Positions 27,240 through 36,687 of a stretch of DNA of 64,000 nucleotides are shown one piece after another (the stretch's first letter is position 1; the number at the start of each line of letters is the position of its first letter). Origin of the DNA: Anaerohalosphaeraceae bacterium (GTDB lineage Bacteria; Planctomycetota; Phycisphaerae; Sedimentisphaerales; Anaerohalosphaeraceae); NCBI GenBank assembly GCA_050309605.1, contig JBNRMN010000034.1, forward strand, positions 1 to 64,000, in the 5' to 3' direction. The position numbers and the translations under genes were made by a program. The notes beneath the pieces are model-generated. The model did no database searches. It was not told the DNA's origin and saw only the letters and a list, made by a program, of their open reading frames with translations.

Positions 27240-28889
27240 ATGTGTGAACTACCCAAAATGCAAACGGCTGTGCAATTGACCGCTCCGGATGAATTGACAC
27301 TGAATACGCAAAAGCCTGTTGAACAACCGGGGCCGTATCAAATCGTGGCCAAAGTGGAAGCGGTCGGGCTGTGTTTTTCCGACTTGAAGCTGCTCAAGCA
27401 GTTTTCCGCACACGGGCGCAAAGGGCCGATTGTTTCCGGCATGGAGCCGACAGTGCTTGACGAGATTCCTTCCTATGTGCCGAATGAAAAACCGACCGTG
27501 CCCGGCCACGAGGCTGTGGTGCGTGTGGTCGCCGCGGGCGATAAGGTCAAGCAGGCCGCCAAGGGCGGACGCTATCTGGTGCAAACCGATTACCGCTGGC
27601 TGCCGACGGCGGCCTCAAATGCGGCGTTCGGGTATAACTTCGAAGGCGCGCTGCAGCAATATGTGCTGATGGATGAGCGCGTCATCACCGCGCCGGACGG
27701 CCGGTCGCTGCTGATTCCGGCCGACGATTCGCTTTCGGCCTCGGCGATTGCGCTGGTCGAGCCGTGGGCGTGTGTGGAAGATGCCTATGCGGTGCGGGAG
27801 CGTACGGCGCTGAAAATCGGCGGTCGGATGCTGATTGTGGCCGATGTGCCGTTCAGCGAAAAAGTCATCTTCAACTTGTTCAAGCGATACGGGACACCCG
27901 GATCGATTACCCTTGTCGCCGAGCGCAATCCCCTGACGATGCCGCTTGAGCGTGCCGATTCGATTTCCGCACTGCCGGACACGGCGTTTGATGATGTAGT
28001 GTATTTTGGGGCCAATCCGCAGACGCTCTCTGCGCTGTTTCCCAAAACCGCCAATAACGGGTTGATTGTTGCGGCTCAGTGCGGCCGGCAATTCGGCCAA
28101 CCGGTCGAGACGGCCATCGGGCGTTTCCATTACGGCAACATTCGAATGATCGGCACGCCCGGCGACGATCCCGCCGAGGCGGTGCAGCGTATTCCCGCAA
28201 CCGGTGAGGTTCGCCCCGATGATGCCATCAATGTCATCGGCGCCGGCGGACCGATGGGCGTGATGCATGTGGTGCGCAATCTTTGTCAGGGGGTGTCGGG
28301 CATTACGGTCTATGCGGGTGATTTGGATACCCAACGACTGACGGCATTGTCGGCGATTGCTCAGCCGCTGGCCGAACAAAACCACGTCGGCTATGTGCCG
28401 TACAATCCGACGGACAATCCGCCGACTGTCAAATTCAACTATTTTGCCATTATGGCGCCGGTGCCGAAGCTCGTTGCCCAGTCCGTTGCGGATGCGGCGC
28501 CGGGCGCGATAATCAATATCTTTGCGGGCATTCCCGCGACCGTCGGCGGGCCGGTGGATATGGACGCCTATGTTGAAAAGGGCTGTTACTTTATCGGCAC
28601 CAGCGGCTCGACATTGGATGACATGCTGACGGTGCTCAAAAAAGTGCAATGCGGCGCTTTGGATACGAACATTTCCGTCGCGGCGGTGTCCGGACTGAAA
28701 GGCGCTATCGACGGCATTCGTGCGGTGGAACACCATCGGATTGCCGGCAAAATCATCGTCTATCCGGACTGTACCGATTTGGACCTGACACGGCTGGAAG
28801 AGCTGGCCGACAAGGCGCCTGCCGCGGCAGAGGCCCTTGACCACGGTCTTTGGAACAAACAGGCGGAAGCCCGATTGCTGAAGATGTGA
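27240..28889 (+). CDS. Enlarged Zn-binding MDR dehydrogenase (L-sorbose-1-phosphate reductase-like)
   Basis: GLCFSD, PGHE, ALVEPWACV, VIGAGGPMG, IGTSGS and GKIIVYP; 549 aa with an extra Rossmann-like segment. Confidence 0.75.
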   Translation: MCELPKMQTAVQLTAPDELTLNTQKPVEQPGPYQIVAKVEAVGLCFSDLKLLKQFSAHGRKGPIVSGMEPTVLDEIPSYVPNEKPTVPGHEAVVRVVAAGDKVKQAAKGGRYLVQTDYRWLPTAASNAAFGYNFEGALQQYVLMDERVITAPDGRSLLIPADDSLSASAIALVEPWACVEDAYAVRERTALKIGGRMLIVADVPFSEKVIFNLFKRYGTPGSITLVAERNPLTMPLERADSISALPDTAFDDVVYFGANPQTLSALFPKTANNGLIVAAQCGRQFGQPVETAIGRFHYGNIRMIGTPGDDPAEAVQRIPATGEVRPDDAINVIGAGGPMGVMHVVRNLCQGVSGITVYAGDLDTQRLTALSAIAQPLAEQNHVGYVPYNPTDNPPTVKFNYFAIMAPVPKLVAQSVADAAPGAIINIFAGIPATVGGPVDMDAYVEKGCYFIGTSGSTLDDMLTVLKKVQCGALDTNISVAAVSGLKGAIDGIRAVEHHRIAGKIIVYPDCTDLDLTRLEELADKAPAAAEALDHGLWNKQAEARLLKM

Positions 28890-28925
28890 AATGTTAAACA
28901 TGAACCCTTTAGCGGAGTCTGTCTT

Positions 28926-30671
28926 ATGCCACAGGATGCCGGTGTCAATGGAGTGGATATCCGTCGATTACCTGTCGTCTATAAACGCCGTTTTATTCCT
29001 GAACAAGCGGATTTTAATGACCCTGTACAGGTCAAACAGCTTTATGAAGCGTTGCTGAGCCGACCGCCTGTCGGCGCCGACGAGACCGACGCGTTTTTGC
29101 AGCATCGCAGCGAATTGGAAGCGGCGGTGCGGCAGCACCGGGCTGTTTTGTATATTCGCATGACCTGCCAGACTGATGACACGGACAGGGCGTCGGCTTA
29201 TCGTCATTTTATTGAGCGGATCCAGCCGCTGCTGGACGATTATGAGCATCGGCTCAATACGATCTATCTGGATGCCCGTCGGCGCATCGGCGACGGTGAT
29301 GCGTACTATGCCGTCTATGATCGCCATATTGAAGCCGATGCGGCGATTTTTCGTGAAAAGAACATCCCGCTTCAGACACAGGAAGCGATGCTCAGCCAGG
29401 ACTACCAAACCGTGACCGGCGGTTTGACGGCGACCTTCGAAGGTCAGGACGTGACGCTCAGCAAACTCGGCACCTATTTGTATGAAACCGAACGCGACCG
29501 TCGCGAAAAGGCCTGGCGGGTGATGGCCGAATGTTATCAGCAGGTCGCTGACCGGCTTGATGCGATATTCGATCAGATGCTCGAACTGCGTAGCCAAATC
29601 GCCCGCAATGCTGGTTTTGCCGATTATCGGGATTACAAGTTTTGCCAATACCACCGTTTTGATTATACACCCGAGGACTGTGAAGCCTTTCATGACGCCG
29701 TGCAAGATGAGCTGGTTCCGCTTCAGCGGCTGATGTGGCAGCGCCGCGCCGCGGAGATGGGCCTGTCGTCTTTACGGCCGTGGGATTTGATGGCCGATCC
29801 AAAAGGGCGGCCGCCGCTCAAGCCGTTTGAGCAGCCCGAACAGTTTATCCCTGCGATTCGCACGGTCTTTGAACGTCTGGATGCAGACCTGGGGCGGCAG
29901 TTTGCGCAGATGCAGGAGCTGGGGCTGCTGGACCTGCTCAGTCGCAAGGGCAAAGCGCCCGGCGGCTATCAGTGCACGCTCGATGAATTTCGCAAGCCGT
30001 TTATTTTTATGAACGCCGCCGGCAGTGATGACGATGTGCGCGTCCTGCTGCACGAAGGCGGCCACGCCTTTCATTCGCTGGCCTGTGCTGCTTTGCCGCT
30101 GACGGACTATCGCCATGCGCCAATGGAGTTTTGTGAGGTGGCCTCGATGAGTATGGAACGGCTGGCCGGAACTCGGCTGGACGCGATTTACACCCCCGAT
30201 CAACTGCGGCGGCGACAGCGGCATGTGGCCGAGATGACCGTTCGGCTGCTGCTGTCGGTTGCGGCCAACGACGCCTTTCAGCACTGGCTGTATGAAACGC
30301 CCGGCCACACCCCGCAGCAGCGCCGTGAAAAATGGATCGAACTGCAAGACCGCTTTGGCCAGAACGCACTGGATTGGTCGGGGCTGGAGCAATGGCGAGC
30401 AACGATGTGGCAGCGGATTCTGCATTTCTTTCAGGTGCCGTTTTATTATATTGAATACGGCATCGCGCAGTTGGGAGCGCTGGGGCTGTGGCGGCGCGCA
30501 TTGAATGACTTTGACGCAGCGCTGCGCGATTATAAAACAGCGCTGTCCCTGGGCGGCAGCCGCCCCTTGCCGGAGTTGTTTGCCGCGGCGGGCTTGTCGT
30601 TTGAATTTTCGCGCGACGCTGTTCGACAGGCCGCTGAGTTGCTCAGCGCTGAATGGCAGGAGGCCGATTGA
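28926..30671 (+). CDS. M3 family oligoendopeptidase (PepF-like)
   Basis: HEGGHAFH zincin motif, EVASMSME and PFYYIEYGIAQLGA. Confidence 0.9.
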   Translation: MPQDAGVNGVDIRRLPVVYKRRFIPEQADFNDPVQVKQLYEALLSRPPVGADETDAFLQHRSELEAAVRQHRAVLYIRMTCQTDDTDRASAYRHFIERIQPLLDDYEHRLNTIYLDARRRIGDGDAYYAVYDRHIEADAAIFREKNIPLQTQEAMLSQDYQTVTGGLTATFEGQDVTLSKLGTYLYETERDRREKAWRVMAECYQQVADRLDAIFDQMLELRSQIARNAGFADYRDYKFCQYHRFDYTPEDCEAFHDAVQDELVPLQRLMWQRRAAEMGLSSLRPWDLMADPKGRPPLKPFEQPEQFIPAIRTVFERLDADLGRQFAQMQELGLLDLLSRKGKAPGGYQCTLDEFRKPFIFMNAAGSDDDVRVLLHEGGHAFHSLACAALPLTDYRHAPMEFCEVASMSMERLAGTRLDAIYTPDQLRRRQRHVAEMTVRLLLSVAANDAFQHWLYETPGHTPQQRREKWIELQDRFGQNALDWSGLEQWRATMWQRILHFFQVPFYYIEYGIAQLGALGLWRRALNDFDAALRDYKTALSLGGSRPLPELFAAAGLSFEFSRDAVRQAAELLSAEWQEAD

Positions 30672-30713
30672 TCTGCCGTCAATCAACGTCTGCCGATCTG
30701 ATGGATTTGACCC

Positions 30714-31805
30714 ATGTCCGAACAAGCATCATTTGATCGTTTTGATATTGTCCGTGGCCTGCTGGCCTGTCCGACAGCGCCGTTTCGCGAACAGCACGTT
30801 CGCCGCTTTATCGAGCAATTCTGTATGGACCGCGGCATCAGTGTCCAGTCCGATGAGATGGGTAATCTGATTGCCGTTTATGGCCGCGGATTGACCGACA
30901 GTCGGCTGGCGTTTTGTGCTCATATGGATCATCCGGGGTTTATCATCACGGCTGATGCCCGCGGCAAAACCGCCCGCGCCGTTTTTTACGGCGGGGTTGA
31001 TGAGGTCTATTTCAAGGAATCCCGTGTGCGTATTTTTACCGACGCCGGTTCGGTACGCGCACAGGTTTTGAGTGTGCGGACCGACCAAGCGCTTCGGCGA
31101 AAATACGTGCGGCTGCGCATTGACGGACCTGTTCGGCGCGGCGATATTGGGATGTGGGATCTGCCGAGCTGTCGGATACAAAATGGACGCATCGTCAGTC
31201 GCGCATGCGATGACTTGGTTGGTTGTGCGGCTGTATTGGCCTTGCTGGACGCCTTGCATCGCCGCCGTATTCGCAAAAAAGTTGTCGCCTGTTTTACCGC
31301 GGCCGAAGAAGCAGGGCTGCATGGAGCCAAACATTTGTGTCTCAAGGGGACCGTGCCCAAAAAGACCTGCCTGATCAGTATCGAAACCAGCGCCGTTTTG
31401 TCCACGGCCAAGATGGGCGACGGGGTGGTCATTCGCGTCGGGGACAAAGCGAGCCTATTTGATCCGCAGGTAACCGCGTTTTTGCTCGATACCGCCGCAA
31501 AACTACAAAAGCAGAACAAGCCCTTCCCCTATCAGCGCAAATTGATGGACGGCGGAACCTGCGAGGCGACCGTTTTTTCACGGTTTGGTTATCGCTGCGG
31601 GGCACTCTGTATTCCGCTGGGCAACTACCACAACCGCAACACGCGGACGGGTCGAATCGGGACTGAATCCGTCTCCACGGCGGATTTTCAGAATATGCTC
31701 AGCCTCTTTGTCGCCGCCGTCAAAGCCGCGCCGATGGATACGGTCACACGCCGACCTCGTTATCACATTCGACAAGGTGATTTGGGTGAGCGGGTTTACG
31801 AGTAA
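30714..31805 (+). CDS. M20/M42-like metallopeptidase
   Basis: AHMDHPG, RACDDLVG, AEEAG, GGTCEA and LGNYHN. Confidence 0.8.
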   Translation: MSEQASFDRFDIVRGLLACPTAPFREQHVRRFIEQFCMDRGISVQSDEMGNLIAVYGRGLTDSRLAFCAHMDHPGFIITADARGKTARAVFYGGVDEVYFKESRVRIFTDAGSVRAQVLSVRTDQALRRKYVRLRIDGPVRRGDIGMWDLPSCRIQNGRIVSRACDDLVGCAAVLALLDALHRRRIRKKVVACFTAAEEAGLHGAKHLCLKGTVPKKTCLISIETSAVLSTAKMGDGVVIRVGDKASLFDPQVTAFLLDTAAKLQKQNKPFPYQRKLMDGGTCEATVFSRFGYRCGALCIPLGNYHNRNTRTGRIGTESVSTADFQNMLSLFVAAVKAAPMDTVTRRPRYHIRQGDLGERVYE

Positions 31806-31840
31806 CGGCAAACGGAGAACGAAACAAACGGCCGCGGATG

Positions 31841-34135
31841 TTACAGGCAATGATGTCGCGGCAGCATATTGCATTTGAGCCAGTTTTCCATAAAGATGGC
31901 CAGATCTTCCAGATTGATAATGCAATCGCAGTTAAAATCCCCCGGCAGGCACTGCATACAGCATTTTTCATTGGGACTGCGGCCGGCCTTTTCCGTGCCG
32001 CCGTAGGCGCCGATGTTGATTCGGTCGCCGTGGCAGCGCAATTCATTGCGCACCTCCAACGCCGGATCACCGGCGTCAATACACGGACTGTTTTCGTCGT
32101 CGGTCGGGTCAAAGTTGCCCCCGTCATCCAGCACCCAGTCGCCCGCTGTCGGGTCCCATCGTCCCGCGGCGTTTTTGAGGTGGTAATTCCGTTCCTCTGC
32201 GTCGGCAAACAACGGGTCAGCGTCAAAATTTCCCCCGTCCCATTGGAGAATCGACCGGGCATCGACGAAATGCCCCTGATCCAGTCCCATCACATCGCTA
32301 TAGCGGACCTTCAGTGTCGTTCGATTCAACCAGTCATCGATCAAAGCAAATTGATCGCCTTGCGGCTCGGCGGCCTGATTGTTCCAGACGATGCTGTTGT
32401 GAAGCTGTACAATACTGTCCATTGCAAATAATCCGCCGCCCAGTCCGCCGGTGCGGTTATCAGCGATGGTGCAAAACCCGACCGCCGGTGCATTGGGATC
32501 CGGGCCGACTGTTTCAGACAGGTGGATTTGCGGGGCCGGCGTTACCTCGTTGACATCGGCGGGGGTGCACTCATAGAAGAACAGTCCGCCGCCGGCCTGA
32601 CCGGCGTAATTGCCCGCAATGACGCTGTTTTCCAGCGTGACGCGCGCATCGACCCAGGCATAGAGTCCGCCGCCTTCCATACCGGCGGTGTTGTCCAGGA
32701 TTTCACATTCGGATATCCACGGTGAACTGTTGACACGAACACTGATACCGCCGCCGAAACTGCTGGCCGCGTTGTTCTGAATGCGACAGCGAAAAATCCG
32801 TGCATTGCTGTTGTACAAAGCGATTGCGCCGCCGGCTTTGCGATAACCTGCGGCGGTGTTGTTCTCTAAGACACAATTTTTAATGGTCGGGCTGCTGAAA
32901 TAGCAATAGATCGCACCGCCGTTGTCCAGCGGATAGCCGTTGCGTATCGTCAGGCCGTTGACGACCGCATCCGGCCCTTCACCGCCGTCAAAGATAAACG
33001 CCCGGCCCGGCTGTTCGTTGGATCCCTGACAATCAATCACGGTGGCCGCGACAGCGTCTTTGTCGGCGGGGTTGATCGAGCGAATCGCGACCGCCTTGCC
33101 CGAAAACCGAATATTGGTGTTTTCCGGCCCGGTATAGACGCCGGGGGCGAGGATAATGGTATCACGATCCGCGGCCATTTGCATCGCCGCCGAAATCGAA
33201 GGAAACGCCGAGGGTACGTGCAGTTCGTTCGGTTCATTTTCGGGTGTAAGCATCGCATAGCAGGGCGCCTGGCCGACGTTGTTGCGTTCGTATTCGATCC
33301 GCATATAACCGTTTTCGCCCCATCCGGCGCCCCATGAATTGCGCAGGTACCAAATGCCTTCCTGTCCCTGCGTGTCGTCCCAGCCGACCAGTACGACGGC
33401 GTGATTGTTCATCCCGTTTTCGTGCGCATTAAAAATCCCTCCGATATAGCATTGAAACAAATCGTTGGCATAAATTGTTACTGCGACCGGCCCATAGGCC
33501 ATAATTGCCTGTTTGATCGCCTCAATGTCCTGCCCGACGGCGCCCCATTGCGTAATGGAATACCGCACGGCCTCGGCGGGGACAGCGCAGTCCGCATCAC
33601 GCGACTCATACGGATAGAGCACTTCCGGCGGAGCGCCGATTTTATTGATGTGGTCCGGTTGCGAGATCATATGGTTCAGCGCCGCGCCATACCATCCCCC
33701 GTCGCAGCTTCCGGCATCGGTGCAGCTAATCAGCCATTGTTCCGACAAATCCAGTTCGGCGCCGTCTCGGATTAAATACTGGCTTTCGACGATTCCCATT
33801 GCGGCAAAGGCCCAACAGGAGCCGCAGCCGCCCTGATTTTTGACCGGTGTACAGCCGTCCAGTTTTCGCCAGTCAAAAGCGGCAGGCAGCGGTTCCATGT
33901 CAGCCGGTTCCGCTTTTTTGACGCGCTGCGTAAAATCGGCCGGTACCACTGTACCGCAAAGGTCTTCCAAAGCGTGCTCTGTCGCCGGGTTCGAGCCGAC
34001 CTCGAATGTATAGCCCTTATCGCGGACGCGCTGACGAACAGCTTCGATATCCGGTCTGCCCTGGGCGCTGACGGAAGACACATATAATCCTGTTGCGGCA
34101 AAAGCAACCCCGAAACCCCACATAAATTTTCGCAT
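31841..34135 (-). CDS. Secreted papain-family (C1A) cysteine protease with parallel beta-helix repeats and a dockerin-like C-terminus
   Basis: Signal peptide; QGGCGSCWAF, NHAVVLVGW and RNSWG catalytic motifs; GGAI/N..A repeats; PGDFNCDCIINLEDLAIFMENWL. Confidence 0.9.
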   Translation of the reverse strand: MRKFMWGFGVAFAATGLYVSSVSAQGRPDIEAVRQRVRDKGYTFEVGSNPATEHALEDLCGTVVPADFTQRVKKAEPADMEPLPAAFDWRKLDGCTPVKNQGGCGSCWAFAAMGIVESQYLIRDGAELDLSEQWLISCTDAGSCDGGWYGAALNHMISQPDHINKIGAPPEVLYPYESRDADCAVPAEAVRYSITQWGAVGQDIEAIKQAIMAYGPVAVTIYANDLFQCYIGGIFNAHENGMNNHAVVLVGWDDTQGQEGIWYLRNSWGAGWGENGYMRIEYERNNVGQAPCYAMLTPENEPNELHVPSAFPSISAAMQMAADRDTIILAPGVYTGPENTNIRFSGKAVAIRSINPADKDAVAATVIDCQGSNEQPGRAFIFDGGEGPDAVVNGLTIRNGYPLDNGGAIYCYFSSPTIKNCVLENNTAAGYRKAGGAIALYNSNARIFRCRIQNNAASSFGGGISVRVNSSPWISECEILDNTAGMEGGGLYAWVDARVTLENSVIAGNYAGQAGGGLFFYECTPADVNEVTPAPQIHLSETVGPDPNAPAVGFCTIADNRTGGLGGGLFAMDSIVQLHNSIVWNNQAAEPQGDQFALIDDWLNRTTLKVRYSDVMGLDQGHFVDARSILQWDGGNFDADPLFADAEERNYHLKNAAGRWDPTAGDWVLDDGGNFDPTDDENSPCIDAGDPALEVRNELRCHGDRINIGAYGGTEKAGRSPNEKCCMQCLPGDFNCDCIINLEDLAIFMENWLKCNMLPRHHCL

Positions 34136-34373
34136 TTGTATTTCCTTACAAGATTACATAAGAATAGCAAAATACGCCTGAAAAGTCAATTATTATCGGA
34201 ACATTTGTGGCCGCGGCCTGTTTTGAATAAACCGGAAAGGAAGAAGATGTTGTCGAATTTTCCGTTTTGAGTTCGTCCCCCTATGCCGCCGTGTATGCTC
34301 AGACTGCTTGCGAACGAATCGGGCCGAGCGCGTTGAAATGGGTCGGTCGCTGTTTGTGCGCAATGGCGAGCGG

Positions 34374-35546
34374 TTATGTGGTTTTTGGGAGCAATGCCGC
34401 CGCGGCGTCATCGACCAGCCAGTGTACGTTCTCCAGTACGGGCCATAAGACATACGCCGGATAACGCCCCGGATCGGGCGAACCGGAGATCAGATCGCGG
34501 AGAATCTCGGCCTTTTGCTCTCCTTGAACCAGGACGATTAGACGGCGGGCGTGCTGCAAGACCGGAGCGGTCAGGGTCACGCGATTGAAATGTGATTCAT
34601 TGAACACCGGCCAGGTTAAATCGTCGGCAACCGACACGCCCGGATCGTTCGGCAGCAGCGAGGCAATGTGGCCGTCCTGTCCCAGTCCGAGAACAATCAC
34701 GTCAAAACAGGGCACAGTGCCTTCTTCAGCGGCAAAGACATGACGCAACACCGTTTGATAGACATCGGCCGCGGTGACACAATCGTCATACTCGCCGTGG
34801 ATGCGATAGACCTGTTCGGACGGAATGGGAACAGCCTTTAGGAACGTCTCGGTCGCCAGGGCGTAATTACTGTGAGGCGAATCCGGCGGCACACAACGTT
34901 CATCCGCCCAGAAGAGGTACGTAGCGTCCCAGGGGACTTGCCCGATGTTGTCGGGCCGGGCCAATTGCTCAAAAAACAGCCGGGGCGTTTGTCCGCCGGA
35001 AAGGGCGGCATAAAATCGACCTCGTTCGGCGACGGCCTGACGAGCCGCGTCGATAAATTCTTCCGCCGCCTTCTCAGCCAGCGCCTTGGGTGAGGCAAGC
35101 CGTATGATAGTGGGCCGAGCGTCGGGCCTCTGCGCCGAACGCCGCTGGTCCAGAAAGGATTGGAGAATGACCGCTGCGGCCACGGCGTCGCGTCGTTTTT
35201 TCTTTTGACCGTGGCTCATCTGTCCGGGGGGAAAAAGCGAATCGGCTTCGTAGCTGCTGAGCCGCTCATCAAAAAAATCGATCGGTTTGGAGACCAGTTT
35301 CGACAGCGTTTTCGCAAACGCGCGGACCCGTTTTGCCTGCGGTCCTTCGGTGTCGTCCATATTCAGCGGCAATCCGAGCACCACCGCATCGACGGCCAGG
35401 TCATCCACAAGCTGCGCAATACGTTCTGCCAGATACAGCTCATTGTCCGTCTCAATGACCGAGTGCGGATTGGCCAGCGTCGCATCGGAATCCGAAACGG
35501 CCAATCCGGTACGTTTATTGCCGAAATCAACGCCTAAAAATCGCAT
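34374..35546 (-). CDS. YqgF/RuvX nuclease fused to 6-phosphogluconolactonase
   Basis: N-terminal LGVDFGNKRTGLAVSD, VLGLPLNMD, DERLSS and DAVAAAVILQ; C-terminal ALSGGQTP, WADERCVP..SNY, LGLGQDGHIASL and RVTLT. Confidence 0.9.
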   Translation of the reverse strand: MRFLGVDFGNKRTGLAVSDSDATLANPHSVIETDNELYLAERIAQLVDDLAVDAVVLGLPLNMDDTEGPQAKRVRAFAKTLSKLVSKPIDFFDERLSSYEADSLFPPGQMSHGQKKKRRDAVAAAVILQSFLDQRRSAQRPDARPTIIRLASPKALAEKAAEEFIDAARQAVAERGRFYAALSGGQTPRLFFEQLARPDNIGQVPWDATYLFWADERCVPPDSPHSNYALATETFLKAVPIPSEQVYRIHGEYDDCVTAADVYQTVLRHVFAAEEGTVPCFDVIVLGLGQDGHIASLLPNDPGVSVADDLTWPVFNESHFNRVTLTAPVLQHARRLIVLVQGEQKAEILRDLISGSPDPGRYPAYVLWPVLENVHWLVDDAAAALLPKTT

Positions 35547-35554
35547 AATGGGTC

Positions 35555-36643
35555 TTATAAAAATGTGTCGCGTCCGTGCCGCTGAATCTGCTCCAGCAGC
35601 TCTTTGAGCCGATGGGCCTGAGTTGCCGGACAGACCAGTGTCGCATCCGGACTGTGCGCGACAATCATATTGTCCAGTCCGATCAACGCGATCAGATGCC
35701 CTTTGTCTTCTGTAACGATGATGTTGTTCTTGCAGTCCAGCAGTTCGCTGTGGCCGGCCACAACGATATTGTTATGATTGTCGGAGCGGATGATATCGCC
35801 CAGCGCCGCGAACGATCCCAAATCAAGCCATCGGCAATTTAAGGCAATGGCATAGACATCGTTTGCTTTTTCCAGCACGGCATAATCAATGCTGATTTTG
35901 GGCAGGCGTCCGAACCATTCTTTCAGAGTGATCTGCTGGTCGGCGGTTCCCCAATCGGTCTGAATATGGCGCAGCGGTTCGAGACATTCCGGCAGAAAAT
36001 GGCCAAGCCGTTCAAGAATCGTTCGGCTCTTCCACACAAACATTCCCGAATTCCAGACATATTGATCGCTTTCAACATAAGTGTAAGCTGTCGCCTCATC
36101 CGGTTTTTCCCGGAAGGCCTCGACGCATCGCACCGCATCGCGGGATTCGGCAAAAGGCTTGACTTCGCCCAGCTTGATATAGCCGAACTGAGTACTCGGA
36201 AACGTCGGTTTGACGGCAAATGTGACCAGCGCTTCGGGATTTTCATTGACAAAGGATATCGCCGTGCGCAGGGCTGTTTCAAAGATGTCGGGGGGATCGA
36301 GAATCTGGTCAGCGGTGACCACCGCCATGGTGGAGTCCGGATCATATTTGCTCAACACCGTCGCCGCCAGACCAATTGCGCCGGCGGTATCGCGAACCGT
36401 CGGCTCGGCGATGACATTTTCTTCCGGCAGTTCCAGCAGATTTTCGCGCACTACATCGACAAATTCATGATTGGTCAGCACAAGGATATTGCGCAGATCA
36501 AAACTGCGCTGCAGCCGTTCAAAGCAGCGGCGCAAAAGGGTCTGTCCGTCCAGAATCCGAAGCACCTGCTTGGGACGTTTCTGGCGGCTCAGCGGCCAAA
36601 GCCGCTTGCCCGTTCCGCCTGCCAAAATAACCGCAAACTCCAT
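35555..36643 (-). CDS. manC: Mannose-1-phosphate guanylyltransferase
   Basis: ILAGGTGKRLWPLSR..PKQ, FREKP, WNSGMF, ISIDYAVLE and WLDLGS. Confidence 0.92.
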   Translation of the reverse strand: MEFAVILAGGTGKRLWPLSRQKRPKQVLRILDGQTLLRRCFERLQRSFDLRNILVLTNHEFVDVVRENLLELPEENVIAEPTVRDTAGAIGLAATVLSKYDPDSTMAVVTADQILDPPDIFETALRTAISFVNENPEALVTFAVKPTFPSTQFGYIKLGEVKPFAESRDAVRCVEAFREKPDEATAYTYVESDQYVWNSGMFVWKSRTILERLGHFLPECLEPLRHIQTDWGTADQQITLKEWFGRLPKISIDYAVLEKANDVYAIALNCRWLDLGSFAALGDIIRSDNHNNIVVAGHSELLDCKNNIIVTEDKGHLIALIGLDNMIVAHSPDATLVCPATQAHRLKELLEQIQRHGRDTFL

Positions 36644-36687
36644 ACGTAAAGGCCCTCCGCGAAAAAGTAAAACTCCGATGCCGACGT

